From the IMG/VR virus record IMGVR_UViG_3300030104_004938, positions 1-48,421 of that record: a stretch of 48,421 nt of DNA; one strand, written 5' to 3'. The position numbers and the translations under genes are program-made. A model generated the notes under the pieces. That model did no database searches. It was given only the letters and a program-made list of their open reading frames with translations, and was not told the origin of the DNA. Within the stretch, counting starts at the first letter, position 1. Each line of letters opens with the position of its first letter. Source of the DNA: a virus. Taxonomy: Duplodnaviria; Caudoviricetes. Positions 9,072-19,528 of the stretch are shown one piece after another.

Positions 9072-11222
9072 ATGCTACAAAAAGTAAAATTCGCACCAGG
9101 ATTTAATAAACAAGTTACGGCTACCGGCGGTGAAAACCAATGGGTCAGTGGCGATTTTGTGCGTTTTAGATATGGAACACCTGAAAAAGTAGGAGGCTGG
9201 GCTCAGCTTGGAGACAATACACTTACAGGAAGAAACACAGCTTTACACCACTTTGTCAGTTCAGCAGGTATCAAGTATGCTGCATTAGGAACAAACCGAT
9301 TTTTATACGTCTATTCAGGAGGAGCTTTTTATGATATAACTCCTTTGAAAAGTACAACAACTTTAACTAATGCTTTTACAACAACACAAAGCGATGCAAC
9401 AGTTACGATCACGTTTGCGAGCGCTCATGGTATTTCTAAGTTTGATATTATACGTTGCGATAATTTTAGCGCTGCTACCAATTCTAATTTTGATTCTGAT
9501 GATTTTGACGATACGAATTTCATGGTTACCTCCGTCCCATCCAGCACAACCCTTACAGTCGAAATGGGATCGGCCGAAAGTGGATCGGGAGCCAGTACAT
9601 CCGGAGGAGTAAGAGTCAAACATTTTTATTCTATTGGTCCAGCTACAGAAGCTTCAGCCGCTGGTTGGGGTTTAGGTTTATGGGGTGGTACCGTTGCTGG
9701 AGAACTAACGGATACATTAGATGGAGCTTTAACAAGTGGTTCATCAAGTATTGTTCTTGATGATTCAGCTTCTTTTCCTGCATCAGGAACGGTATTAATT
9801 GACAACGAACGTATTGCTTATACCACAAACACAACAGGAACCAATACACTATCAGGATTGACACGAGGTGCAGATAATACAACTGCTGCATCACACTCCG
9901 ATGATGCAACGGTAACCGATGCATCAGATTATACAAAATGGGGTGCATCACAAACAGGAGATATTGTAACCGCTCCTGGTTTATGGACACTCGATAATTT
10001 TGGAAATAAACTTATAGCAACGATTGTCGATGGCTCATCTTTTGAATGGAATGCTAATGCAACAGGAGCAACGTCCACTCGTGCAACGGTTATATCAGGT
10101 TGCCCAACAGCAACAACACAAACTTTAGTATCTACACCGGATCGGCACTTAGTTGCTTTTGGTACAGAAACAACAATCGGTACAACATCAACACAAGATG
10201 ATATGTATATAAGATGGTCGGATCAAGAATCTTTAACGTCATGGGCACCTACCGCAACCAATACCGCAGGCACACAGCGACTGGCAGATGGTACAAGAAT
10301 TGTTGGAGCTATAAGAGGTCGTGATGCTATTTACATTTGGACCGATACTTCTTTATTTATTATGCGATTTGTGGGTGCTCCTTTTACTTTTTCTTTTCAA
10401 CAGGTTGGTACGAACTGTGGACTCATTGGTAAAAATGCAGCGGTAGAAGTAGATGGCTCGGCGTACTGGATGTCAGAAAATGGTTTCTTTAGATATACAG
10501 GTCGATTAGAATCTTTACCGTGTTTAGTTGAAGATTATGTTTATGATGATATTAACACGGTTCCTAAAAATCATATTTACGCAGGATTGAATAACTTGTT
10601 TGGTGAAGTCACATGGTTCTATCCTGGAAGTGGTTCAGCATCGAACAATCGATCAGTCACTTATAACTATATGGATTCATCACCCCAAAGAGCTGTATGG
10701 ACAACAAGCTCGCTAGCAAGATCTGCATGGTCAGATTCACATATTTTTGGCAAGCCACATGCAACGGAGTATGACTCAGATTCAACAAGTGATTCAACGG
10801 TGGGTAATACCGATGGTTGTACAACATACTATGAACATGAAACAGGGAACAATCAAATTAAAGCTGGAACAGCAACAGCGATTACAGCTAATATACAATC
10901 AGGAGATTTTGATTTAGGTGTACAAGGTAATCTTCAAGGAGATACTAATGCTGGTGAAGTAATGATGAAAATAAGAAGAGTACTACCCGACTTTTTAACA
11001 CAAACAGGAACAACAAGAGTGACACTTAATTTAAAAAATTATCCAACGGATTCGGAAGCGAGTTCTTCACTAGGTCCTTTTGATATTACAGCATCAACCG
11101 ATAAAATAGATACTCGTGCACGAGCGCGTGCAATTGCTTTAAAAGTATCCAATACAGGATTAGCACAACACTGGAAAGTGGGTACCTTTAGATTAGATAT
11201 ACAACCGGATGGAAGACGATAA
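9072..11222 (+). CDS. Tail nozzle / stabilization protein (P22 gp10-like)
   Basis: 716 aa beta-rich; IRWSDQE, GTNCGLIG, AYWMSENGFFRYTG motifs; T/S-rich inserted domains; position before ejection genes. Confidence 0.65.
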   Translation: MLQKVKFAPGFNKQVTATGGENQWVSGDFVRFRYGTPEKVGGWAQLGDNTLTGRNTALHHFVSSAGIKYAALGTNRFLYVYSGGAFYDITPLKSTTTLTNAFTTTQSDATVTITFASAHGISKFDIIRCDNFSAATNSNFDSDDFDDTNFMVTSVPSSTTLTVEMGSAESGSGASTSGGVRVKHFYSIGPATEASAAGWGLGLWGGTVAGELTDTLDGALTSGSSSIVLDDSASFPASGTVLIDNERIAYTTNTTGTNTLSGLTRGADNTTAASHSDDATVTDASDYTKWGASQTGDIVTAPGLWTLDNFGNKLIATIVDGSSFEWNANATGATSTRATVISGCPTATTQTLVSTPDRHLVAFGTETTIGTTSTQDDMYIRWSDQESLTSWAPTATNTAGTQRLADGTRIVGAIRGRDAIYIWTDTSLFIMRFVGAPFTFSFQQVGTNCGLIGKNAAVEVDGSAYWMSENGFFRYTGRLESLPCLVEDYVYDDINTVPKNHIYAGLNNLFGEVTWFYPGSGSASNNRSVTYNYMDSSPQRAVWTTSSLARSAWSDSHIFGKPHATEYDSDSTSDSTVGNTDGCTTYYEHETGNNQIKAGTATAITANIQSGDFDLGVQGNLQGDTNAGEVMMKIRRVLPDFLTQTGTTRVTLNLKNYPTDSEASSSLGPFDITASTDKIDTRARARAIALKVSNTGLAQHWKVGTFRLDIQPDGRR

Positions 11223-11386
11223 TGGCTAGAATTGTACAATCTTTAACACAACCTTTACCCGAGTATGATCAACAGGTTCAACAATCCTTTGTAAGAGATG
11301 TGGATTCTGTGGTACAAAAACTTAACACAACGTTTCAACAAGATATCAAAGAGGAAGCAGAAGCCATTGCTTTATTTTTAGCCTAA
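11222..11386 (+). CDS. Small virion-module protein (54 aa)
   Basis: MARIVQSLTQPLPEYDQQ...AIALFLA; TAATG coupling at both ends; below track cutoff. Confidence 0.7.
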   Translation: MARIVQSLTQPLPEYDQQVQQSFVRDVDSVVQKLNTTFQQDIKEEAEAIALFLA

Positions 11387-11727
11387 TGTCAAACGCATTT
11401 GTCAATAAAAAAGTCGATTTAACGAGCACCAGTGCTACAACAATCTATACGGTGCCGACAGCTACAACTGCTGTCATTAAATCTATACTCGTATCTGAAG
11501 ATTCTGGTAATGCTGATACCATTACCGTAACCATAACTGACACTGATTCAGCTGTTTTTAGTCTATTTAAGACTAAGGCGATATCAGCAAACGCAACATC
11601 AGAGCTGTTAACTGGCCCTTTAGTCGCTGAGGAAAGCGAAATTATAAAGGTTACCGCAGCGACTGCTAATAGGCTTCATGTGGTGCTATCTGCCCTTGAA
11701 ATTAAGCCTAGAGAAGTTACAACATAA
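11386..11727 (+). CDS. Small virion structural protein
   Basis: 113 aa, T/A/S-rich beta-type sequence (TTIYTVP..TTAVIKSILV). Confidence 0.65.
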   Translation: MSNAFVNKKVDLTSTSATTIYTVPTATTAVIKSILVSEDSGNADTITVTITDTDSAVFSLFKTKAISANATSELLTGPLVAEESEIIKVTAATANRLHVVLSALEIKPREVTT

Positions 11728-11808
11728 GCTTGATTTATTAAATTAAATTAAGTAATAGTATATACTCAGGTTAAAACCCTGCCTTTAAATAAATAACCTA
11801 TAATAAAT

Positions 11809-12900
11809 ATGATAACACGAGCACAGATTCGCAGACAATTACGTAAAAATGGTGGCATTATGAATGCCGTTCCAAGACAAGGATACTTCTTAGGAGGCGT
11901 CGGAGATTTTATTGGTGATGCTTTAGGAAAAGTTGGTAAAGTTGCAAAACAAGTTGTTAAAAGCCCTGTAGGTAAAGCTGCACTTTTAGGTTTAGGTGCA
12001 TATTATGGTGGTCCTTCAATTATGAAAGGACTAGGTTCTATAGGACCTAAAATAGGACAAGGTTTAGGCGCAATGAAAAGTGGGTTGTTTGGATCTGTGG
12101 CACCTAATTTAAGAGCAGCAGGTATGCCATCTTTTTTAGGAGAAACAGGTTTTACTAGTGCTCCAGGAATTTTAGGTAAGTTAGGATTAACTAAAGGTGG
12201 TGGATCTATGGGATTAACAGGCCTAGGCAAATTAGCTGGTGGTGCTGGATTACTTACTTACTTTATGTCTAAAGGTAAAACAGAAGAAGAAGCAAAAGAA
12301 TTAGCACAAGATGTGTATCGAGGTGAAGGTTTAGGATTAGATATAATTCAAGAAGATATGAAAAACTATCGATCAGGAGCTTTAAGTGGATCTCAAGCAT
12401 ACGACAAAGGTTATCGTTTTTTAACACCAAGAAGTTATATGCAAGCAGCGACGGGTGGAAGAGCAACTTTAAAAGAAGGAAGTAAAGGACCTCACGGAAA
12501 AACAGATAAAGAAGTATTAGAAGAATTATATCCAACACTATTTAGTGACACGACAACAAGTATTGAAGGGTCACCGAAGAAAAAAAAGAATTACAAGAAA
12601 AAAGCTGATGGCGGAAGAATTGGAAAATATGGTGGTGGCGTTACAACTGCTATGCCAAGAATACCAACGGGTATGCCAAGAGTAAACGCTGGTGGAATTA
12701 GTGAATTAGATTATAGACAAGAAGGAGGCTTCGTGCCGATGGGAGTAAAAGAAAAAGCAGATGACGTTCCAGCAATGCTAAGTAAAAATGAATTCGTTAT
12801 GACCGCTGATGCCGTTAAAGGTGCAGGTGGAGGAAACGTTGAAAAAGGAGCACAAAAAATGTACAATACAATGAAACAATTAGAAGGAAGAATAGCGTAA
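11809..12900 (+). CDS. Putative internal virion/ejection protein
   Basis: Gly-rich amphipathic middle, repeated xxGG motifs, C-terminal DDVPAMLSKNEFVMTADAV. Confidence 0.55.
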   Translation: MITRAQIRRQLRKNGGIMNAVPRQGYFLGGVGDFIGDALGKVGKVAKQVVKSPVGKAALLGLGAYYGGPSIMKGLGSIGPKIGQGLGAMKSGLFGSVAPNLRAAGMPSFLGETGFTSAPGILGKLGLTKGGGSMGLTGLGKLAGGAGLLTYFMSKGKTEEEAKELAQDVYRGEGLGLDIIQEDMKNYRSGALSGSQAYDKGYRFLTPRSYMQAATGGRATLKEGSKGPHGKTDKEVLEELYPTLFSDTTTSIEGSPKKKKNYKKKADGGRIGKYGGGVTTAMPRIPTGMPRVNAGGISELDYRQEGGFVPMGVKEKADDVPAMLSKNEFVMTADAVKGAGGGNVEKGAQKMYNTMKQLEGRIA

Positions 12901-13808
12901 TGGCAATAACAGAAACAAGAACACTACCCGCACAGTTTATAGAAGATTTAGGTCGAGACTATGGTAAGCAGATATCTGCTTTAACGTCTTTACCGATGGA
13001 CACTTCTAAGTTTGCACCTACCGTTGCAGCTCAAGATCCATTACAAACCGCAGCTTATACACAAGCAACCGATGCTACAACAGGCTTGGGTGCTTACCAA
13101 CCTTTTTTAACAAAAGCAACAACAGCTGCTGATGCAGCAACTGCTTTAACGGGAACGGGTGCAGGCACAGGAGCAGGTTCTATTGCTTCTTATATGTCAC
13201 CCTATCAATCAGATGTTATATCAACGGCTCTTGCAGAATTTGATAAGCAAGCAGCTATGAGACAACAAGACATTTCTGATGCAGCCGTTAGGTTAGGTGG
13301 TTTTGGTGGTGGCAGAGAAGGTGTTATGCAGTCCGAGTATCAATCAACGAGTGATAGAAATCGAGCAGCATTACAAGCAGGATTATTACAACAAGGATTT
13401 CAACAGGCGCAACAAGCAAGACAACAAGATTTAGCAAACCAAAGAGGAATTGCAACACTTCAATCAACTTTAGGTGGAGGTGCACAGCAATTAGCACAAC
13501 AACAAATTTCAGGTTTAGGAACATTAGGTGGCGCACAACAAGCGCAAGCTCAAGCTATAGCGGATGCTCAGCGACAAGCAGCTCAAACAGCAGCTTATGA
13601 ACCTTACCAAAGATTAGGAACGTACGGTGCAGGTGTAGCATCATTAATATCAGGCTATCCAGCACAATATCAAACAGGACAAACACCAAGTGCAAGTCCA
13701 TTACAAACAGCTTTAGGTGTAGGTACAGGCCTTGCAGGTATCTATGGTGGACTTACAGGAAAAAATCCATTTCAAGCGATAGGTAATGTATTTGGAATGG
13801 GAAAATAA
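12900..13808 (+). CDS. Putative DNA pilot/ejection protein
   Basis: Q/A/G-rich, YMSPYQ and GGFGGGR motifs, hydrophobic Gly-rich C-terminus. Confidence 0.6.
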   Translation: MAITETRTLPAQFIEDLGRDYGKQISALTSLPMDTSKFAPTVAAQDPLQTAAYTQATDATTGLGAYQPFLTKATTAADAATALTGTGAGTGAGSIASYMSPYQSDVISTALAEFDKQAAMRQQDISDAAVRLGGFGGGREGVMQSEYQSTSDRNRAALQAGLLQQGFQQAQQARQQDLANQRGIATLQSTLGGGAQQLAQQQISGLGTLGGAQQAQAQAIADAQRQAAQTAAYEPYQRLGTYGAGVASLISGYPAQYQTGQTPSASPLQTALGVGTGLAGIYGGLTGKNPFQAIGNVFGMGK

Positions 13809-15049
13809 TGTCTAGAATACTAAAAAGACCGATGTTTAGAAAAGGTGGCTTGTCACAAGAGACGGGTATCATGTCTGGATTAGATCGAAAAGGATATGCT
13901 CAAGGAAGTTATGCGCCTAGAGTTAAATATCAAACAGGATTTCCAGGAGTTCTTACTGGTTATCAAATTCCTTTTGGAAAAACTGGACAACAAATAGCAT
14001 CTGAAGCAGCGAAAAAAGTAAGCAATCTAAGTAAAATTGGAAGTTTTTTTAAAAGTCCTACATTTAGTGAAAGAGGACTTTATGAATTAGCTAAAAAAGT
14101 AGGAACAAGAGGTTCGGGTATTGCATCAGCATTTGCACGAAGATTTCCTAAAACAGGTCCTTTTCAAGCTTTAGCACTTAAGGCTGCACTTACGGAACCA
14201 GGAGAAGTTGAAAAAGAATATGACATTAGTAAACTTGAAAAATTATTAGCAAGTTCTTTACCCGGAGCTGGACAAGAATACTTACCTTTAGCTATTAGAA
14301 ATTTAATAGGTAAAAAGAAAGAAGAAGAGCCTGAGGTTATACCGCCACCACCTCCTGAAAAAATTAAAGATCCTGAAAAATCTTTAATGGATGTGTATGA
14401 AGAAAACAAAGGTATTATAGACGAAGTTATGGGAAGTGCTGACGAAGATACTAAAAAATCTATGTATCTACAACTTGCTAAATTTGGAGCAGGATTAGCT
14501 GCACAACCAGGCGGAGACTTAGTAGGAGCTATAGGTAGAGCCGCAGAAAAACCATTAGAAGGTGTTGAAGGAACATTAGCTGAAAAAAGAAAAAGTGACA
14601 GGCAAACTAAACTAATGGCTTTACAAAAAACTTTTGATGACATGAAGGAACCTGAACAAATTAAATTAGTTAAAGCCATTCAAAAGGAATATGGATTTGA
14701 TAGCTTTAAAGAAGCATATGATTATGTCAGTAGACCAAAAAGAAGTTCAGCTGAAATAAGAGCAGACGATGAATTTTATAGAAAAACTGCAACAGAAATG
14801 GATGTAAGTACAGAAGGTTTTAGAAGAGAAATGCAAAAATTAGATGATTTGGGTCTTGGGGATTATGTGGGTTATTTCACAAGAACAGATGCTAAATTAC
14901 CAGAGAAACCTGAAGATAGAATACCTGGGGAATATTATGTTGATGCAAAAGGGCGACCTGTAAGGTATATGCCTAGTCTCAAACCACCTTTACAACAACC
15001 ACAAGATACAGGTTTTAAGGTTGAAGTAAAACCTAAAAAAACAAAGTAG
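13808..15049 (+). CDS. Putative internal virion protein
   Basis: 413 aa, starts MSRILKRPMFRKGG; TAATG-coupled to the previous gene. Confidence 0.55.
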   Translation: MSRILKRPMFRKGGLSQETGIMSGLDRKGYAQGSYAPRVKYQTGFPGVLTGYQIPFGKTGQQIASEAAKKVSNLSKIGSFFKSPTFSERGLYELAKKVGTRGSGIASAFARRFPKTGPFQALALKAALTEPGEVEKEYDISKLEKLLASSLPGAGQEYLPLAIRNLIGKKKEEEPEVIPPPPPEKIKDPEKSLMDVYEENKGIIDEVMGSADEDTKKSMYLQLAKFGAGLAAQPGGDLVGAIGRAAEKPLEGVEGTLAEKRKSDRQTKLMALQKTFDDMKEPEQIKLVKAIQKEYGFDSFKEAYDYVSRPKRSSAEIRADDEFYRKTATEMDVSTEGFRREMQKLDDLGLGDYVGYFTRTDAKLPEKPEDRIPGEYYVDAKGRPVRYMPSLKPPLQQPQDTGFKVEVKPKKTK

Positions 15050-15058
15050 GAGGAATGC

Positions 15059-18000
15059 ATGGCTTTAACTGAAGCGGAAGCTCTTGGACCTACAGCAACA
15101 GCAAGAAAAAGAAAAGCAGATGAAACCGGTTTTATTGAATCAGCGTTAGCTGGAGTTGCAACGGGTGTCATTAATATACCTAAAGGGTTTCTATCATTAG
15201 GAGCAGAACTAGTAGATTTAGGATTAGGAACAGAAACAGCCTCATCCGTTGAAAAATTTTTTGACGATCTTAATCCTTTTGATGATGAAGCAGAAGCAAG
15301 AACCATTGGTCGAATTACACAAGCCTTAGCACAAATAGGTATACCTGCTTATCAGGGAGCTAAAATTGGAATGACTTTAGCTAAAAATGCAGTTGACGCT
15401 AGAAAACTTGGAAAATACGCAGAGCTAAGTAGATTTGGAAAAGTAATTAATAATGTTAAAACTTCTCAATTAGCTGGAGGTGTAGGTGGAGCTGCAGTTG
15501 GAGAAGCTATAGTTTCTGATGAAGATATTGGAACACTTGGTGATATGTTAAAAGGTACTTCTTTAGAACCTTACGCTATTACCATGATGAATACTGAAGA
15601 GAAAGAAGGAAGAGGAGAAGCATTTCGTAGATTATCTAACAGAGTTAAATTTGCAGTAGATGGTTCTTTATTTAATTTAGGAATAGCTGGAGCAGCTAAA
15701 GGTGTATCAGCAATAAGAAGACCTTCAAAAACAGGGCTTCAAAGATACGCTGAAAATGATTTAAAAGCATTATACGAAAAATATATTAAATTTGGTTTTG
15801 GTAAATCAGGTATGTTACCCGAAGTAGCTTTCGAATCTAAACGACTAGGTTTAGATGCAGCAGAAGCAGTTAAATTTGAAGCAGGAGTAAGAGTTGATAA
15901 ATTATTTGATGCAGTTGACAAAGTAGTTCCCACAATTGAAAAAAGTATTTTTAAAAATGAAGAAGGTTTTCTAAAACAAATACAAGATATTATGCAACCT
16001 CTTCCAGGAAAAAAAGCAGAAAGTTTAACAATAACTAATTTACCAGAAATGATAGAAAAAAAATCTGGAATAAAAAATACTGCTAGAAACCTTTTAAAAT
16101 TTGAAGATACCTCAGATGGCTTTAGAAAGTTAATTACCCAAGAAGGACCCGACGGATTATTTAGACCTGACGACTATGAAATAGTTAAAGGCGGAAAAAT
16201 GGATAAATTTTTAAGAGAGATTGAAAGAAGTGTTGGTGGCAAACAAGGTAACGAAGTAGCCAAAGAGTTTGAAAAAATAGTTTTAGAGATGAGAACGGGC
16301 GTGGATAACATGACAGGTAAAATACTACAAAAAAATTTAAAAGGTGACTTATCTATAAAACTACAAAATGAAATAGGTAATTATCTTACTGCAGATTACA
16401 GACAGTTTGATCAATCCATATTTCCTTTTTTTAGAAACGCAGCAGCTAATGAACAAAAAGAAAAAGCATTAAAATATTTATTAGATAAAAGAGTTCAAAC
16501 CGAAGCAGCTGGAAGAGGTGTTAAACCTTCAATAATTAAAGGTGACGAAGAATTTATGAAAGCAGCTAAAAAAGAAAGCGAAGACAAAATTGCAAGATAT
16601 TTAACAGCGAAAAGTATAGATGATGTAGAAGCCATACGAGCAGCAGAAACTTTAGGAGAAGCTAAGGTAGGTAAAGCACAGAAATATCATGCAGGAAAAC
16701 CTAGAAATAAAGTCGAAGCTAAATTAGAGGATGAAGTAATTAAAGTTAATCCAGAAATATTAACAAGCAAAAAATTAAATGAATTTGAGGAAATTTTATT
16801 TGGTAGAATAACTGATCCAAAACATACCTATCTTTCTAGTATGAGTAAAATGGCTAGTTTAAATCATACTTTAGAGTTTATGGATGATATTGGAAAACTA
16901 GGTTCTAAAAAAAGTTCTAATCAATTTGTTTTTGGTGATGGATCTGGAGAACAAAGTGCTATTCGAGATTTATTAAATATAGATCCTAAAGTTAAAAACT
17001 TAACACCAGACCAATTAGCAAGTGGGAGAGCAGCTTTAAATGATCCTAAACAATTTAAAAAAGTAGAACCTGCTTCTAAAAGTACAAAATTAATTGGATT
17101 AAATCCTTTAGAAGGAAAATATGTTAGAGCACCTATTTATGATGATATATTTGAAACAACAGTTCAATTTTTAAATACGAATAAAATAGGAACACTTTAT
17201 AAATATGGAGTATTAGCACCTAAAGCTATATCTCAAGTGACTAAAACTATTTTATCTCCAATTACTCATGCTAGAAATTTAATTAGTGCAGGGGCTTTTG
17301 CAGCAGCTAATGGAGCAATCATACCAACAGGGACAGATTTTAGTTCGCTACTTCCCAGATCATTAGGTGGAGATGTATTTAAAGCGGCAGGCACTGGAGA
17401 GGGATTATTAGAAACAGCGAAAAGATTAACTTATGGAAGAGTTAGAGGTAAGTTAAATAAAGCTGATATTGAATTATATGATAGATTGTTAAGAGCAGGA
17501 GTTGTTCAAACCCAACTTCAAGCTGGAGAATTAAAAAGATTAAAATTAGATTTTTATAAAAATGCTTTTGTAGATCCCGCTAAAACAGAAACTAAAGCTT
17601 TTAGAGGTTTGTTAGAAGGTTTTAGAAAAGGTAAAAAAGTTTACGGAAAATTTCAAGATGCTTATGTAGCTGAAGATGACTTTTGGAAAACAATTACGTG
17701 GGGATTAGAGCGTAATCGTTATGAAGATGTTTTTACAAAAAAAGGAATTACCGCGGGTAATTTTCAAGAAGCTTTAAAAGGAGGAAAAGGTTTTGAAAAC
17801 ATTACTAATTTTTTACAAGACGGAGTAAAAAGAAATTACGATATAGCAACAAAAACTTATAAAGGAACATACGATCAATTTTTAGATGAGTTTGCAGCTA
17901 ATTTATCTCGTAACTTAGTTCCTAATTATTCTTATGTTGGAAGAGCAGGACAAGCATTAAGACTTTCTCCTTTTGGAAATTTTATAGCTTTTCCTTTAGA

Positions 18001-19528
18001 GATACTAAGAACAGGATCTAATATTATTGAACAAGCTATTAAAGAGAGAGCAAGTGGCATACCAGAAATTGTTAAACTAGGTAACAAAAGATTATTAAGT
18101 TTTGGTATAACTGTTGGAGGTATTCCAAAAATAGCTCAAGAAACATTTAAAGCAATGCATGATGTAAGCAACGAAGAAATGGAAGCGTTGAGAAGAGTTG
18201 TTCCTGAATGGTCTAAAAATTCAACATTGCTACCAATGGGTAGAGATAAAAATGGTTACTTAAAATACGTAGATTTTAGTTATTCTAATGCTTATGACAC
18301 TTTAATGAGACCTTTTAATACTGTAGCTAATGCTATTGCGGACGGCAAAAATGATGAAGCTTCATTAAAACAAGCTTTAGGATCAGGTTTACAAGAATCG
18401 GCTTCTGAATTGTTAAGACCTTTTACAGAGGAATCTATTTTTACAGAAGCTTTAGTAAATTCAACTATTAGAAGAGGAATAGGTAAAGATGGTAAAAGAG
18501 TATGGTCTGAAGCAGACGATCCTTTTATTAAAATAGTCAAAGGTATAGGTCATGTATCTAAGTCATTTGAGCCTGGTTCTTATCAACAATTAAAAAGAAT
18601 AGGTAATAGCCTTTTAGGTAAAACAGATCCTAAATATGGAAGAGAATATGATTTATTTGATGAGTTACCTGGTTTGGCAGGTTTTGGAATAAAACAATCA
18701 GATCCCGAACGATCTTTAATTTATAAAACAACAGCGTTTAATTCTGATTTAAAAAAAGCAGAAAATTTATTTACCTCTCCTTTATTAAAAGGAGGTAGAG
18801 TTTCTCCGGAAGATATTATTAGTCTTTATCAATACTCGGAATCTAGAAGATTTCACACTTTAAAGAAAATGGCTAAAGATGTAGAGGCTATGAGGAACCT
18901 TGGAATGTCTGATTATAAAATAAGAAAAGAAATAGAAAAAAGAAAAGGTTTAGGAAAAGATGTTGTTAATGATTTAATGTTGGGTGTCTATACTCCTAAA
19001 AAACCAAGTGAGTTTTTTGTAACAAGAATGGGTGAAATTAATAGAGATTTAAATCAAAAAGAAGGAAGAAGTGTACCTAATCCTTTTTATTTAGCACTAT
19101 CTTCTCTTAATAATATTATTAATAAAAATAGAAGAATAGATTTAATAGATGGTAGTTTATCAATGTCAGATTTAGGAGTTGAAGGCATGGCCCAAGGCGG
19201 ACGTGTTGGTATGCAAGAGGGCGGAGAAGCGGGAGACAAGGAGCTAGCAGCGAGTGTATGGGTAACCGAGCCAGAACCTGTGAAGCAATCTTTTGAATAT
19301 GATTTTAATAGATACTATGAAAGTGGTATATGGATGGAAAAAGTTAAAGCCCCTGAAACACCTAAACAACCATTGCCTCCAACTCCACCTGTAAATGCAA
19401 ACGCTATAAAAGATATGAGAGTTAATGCCAATGTTATGCAAACAGGGTTGACACCAACTGAGCAAGCTTTATTATCACCTGAAGAACAAGTAATGAGATT
19501 AAAACAAAGAGGAATTGCAAGAGCATAA
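15059..19528 (+). CDS. Large internal virion (ejection) protein
   Basis: 1489 aa helical protein, AGGAGG RBS, position typical of podovirus large core proteins. Confidence 0.6.
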   Translation: MALTEAEALGPTATARKRKADETGFIESALAGVATGVINIPKGFLSLGAELVDLGLGTETASSVEKFFDDLNPFDDEAEARTIGRITQALAQIGIPAYQGAKIGMTLAKNAVDARKLGKYAELSRFGKVINNVKTSQLAGGVGGAAVGEAIVSDEDIGTLGDMLKGTSLEPYAITMMNTEEKEGRGEAFRRLSNRVKFAVDGSLFNLGIAGAAKGVSAIRRPSKTGLQRYAENDLKALYEKYIKFGFGKSGMLPEVAFESKRLGLDAAEAVKFEAGVRVDKLFDAVDKVVPTIEKSIFKNEEGFLKQIQDIMQPLPGKKAESLTITNLPEMIEKKSGIKNTARNLLKFEDTSDGFRKLITQEGPDGLFRPDDYEIVKGGKMDKFLREIERSVGGKQGNEVAKEFEKIVLEMRTGVDNMTGKILQKNLKGDLSIKLQNEIGNYLTADYRQFDQSIFPFFRNAAANEQKEKALKYLLDKRVQTEAAGRGVKPSIIKGDEEFMKAAKKESEDKIARYLTAKSIDDVEAIRAAETLGEAKVGKAQKYHAGKPRNKVEAKLEDEVIKVNPEILTSKKLNEFEEILFGRITDPKHTYLSSMSKMASLNHTLEFMDDIGKLGSKKSSNQFVFGDGSGEQSAIRDLLNIDPKVKNLTPDQLASGRAALNDPKQFKKVEPASKSTKLIGLNPLEGKYVRAPIYDDIFETTVQFLNTNKIGTLYKYGVLAPKAISQVTKTILSPITHARNLISAGAFAAANGAIIPTGTDFSSLLPRSLGGDVFKAAGTGEGLLETAKRLTYGRVRGKLNKADIELYDRLLRAGVVQTQLQAGELKRLKLDFYKNAFVDPAKTETKAFRGLLEGFRKGKKVYGKFQDAYVAEDDFWKTITWGLERNRYEDVFTKKGITAGNFQEALKGGKGFENITNFLQDGVKRNYDIATKTYKGTYDQFLDEFAANLSRNLVPNYSYVGRAGQALRLSPFGNFIAFPLEILRTGSNIIEQAIKERASGIPEIVKLGNKRLLSFGITVGGIPKIAQETFKAMHDVSNEEMEALRRVVPEWSKNSTLLPMGRDKNGYLKYVDFSYSNAYDTLMRPFNTVANAIADGKNDEASLKQALGSGLQESASELLRPFTEESIFTEALVNSTIRRGIGKDGKRVWSEADDPFIKIVKGIGHVSKSFEPGSYQQLKRIGNSLLGKTDPKYGREYDLFDELPGLAGFGIKQSDPERSLIYKTTAFNSDLKKAENLFTSPLLKGGRVSPEDIISLYQYSESRRFHTLKKMAKDVEAMRNLGMSDYKIRKEIEKRKGLGKDVVNDLMLGVYTPKKPSEFFVTRMGEINRDLNQKEGRSVPNPFYLALSSLNNIINKNRRIDLIDGSLSMSDLGVEGMAQGGRVGMQEGGEAGDKELAASVWVTEPEPVKQSFEYDFNRYYESGIWMEKVKAPETPKQPLPPTPPVNANAIKDMRVNANVMQTGLTPTEQALLSPEEQVMRLKQRGIARA

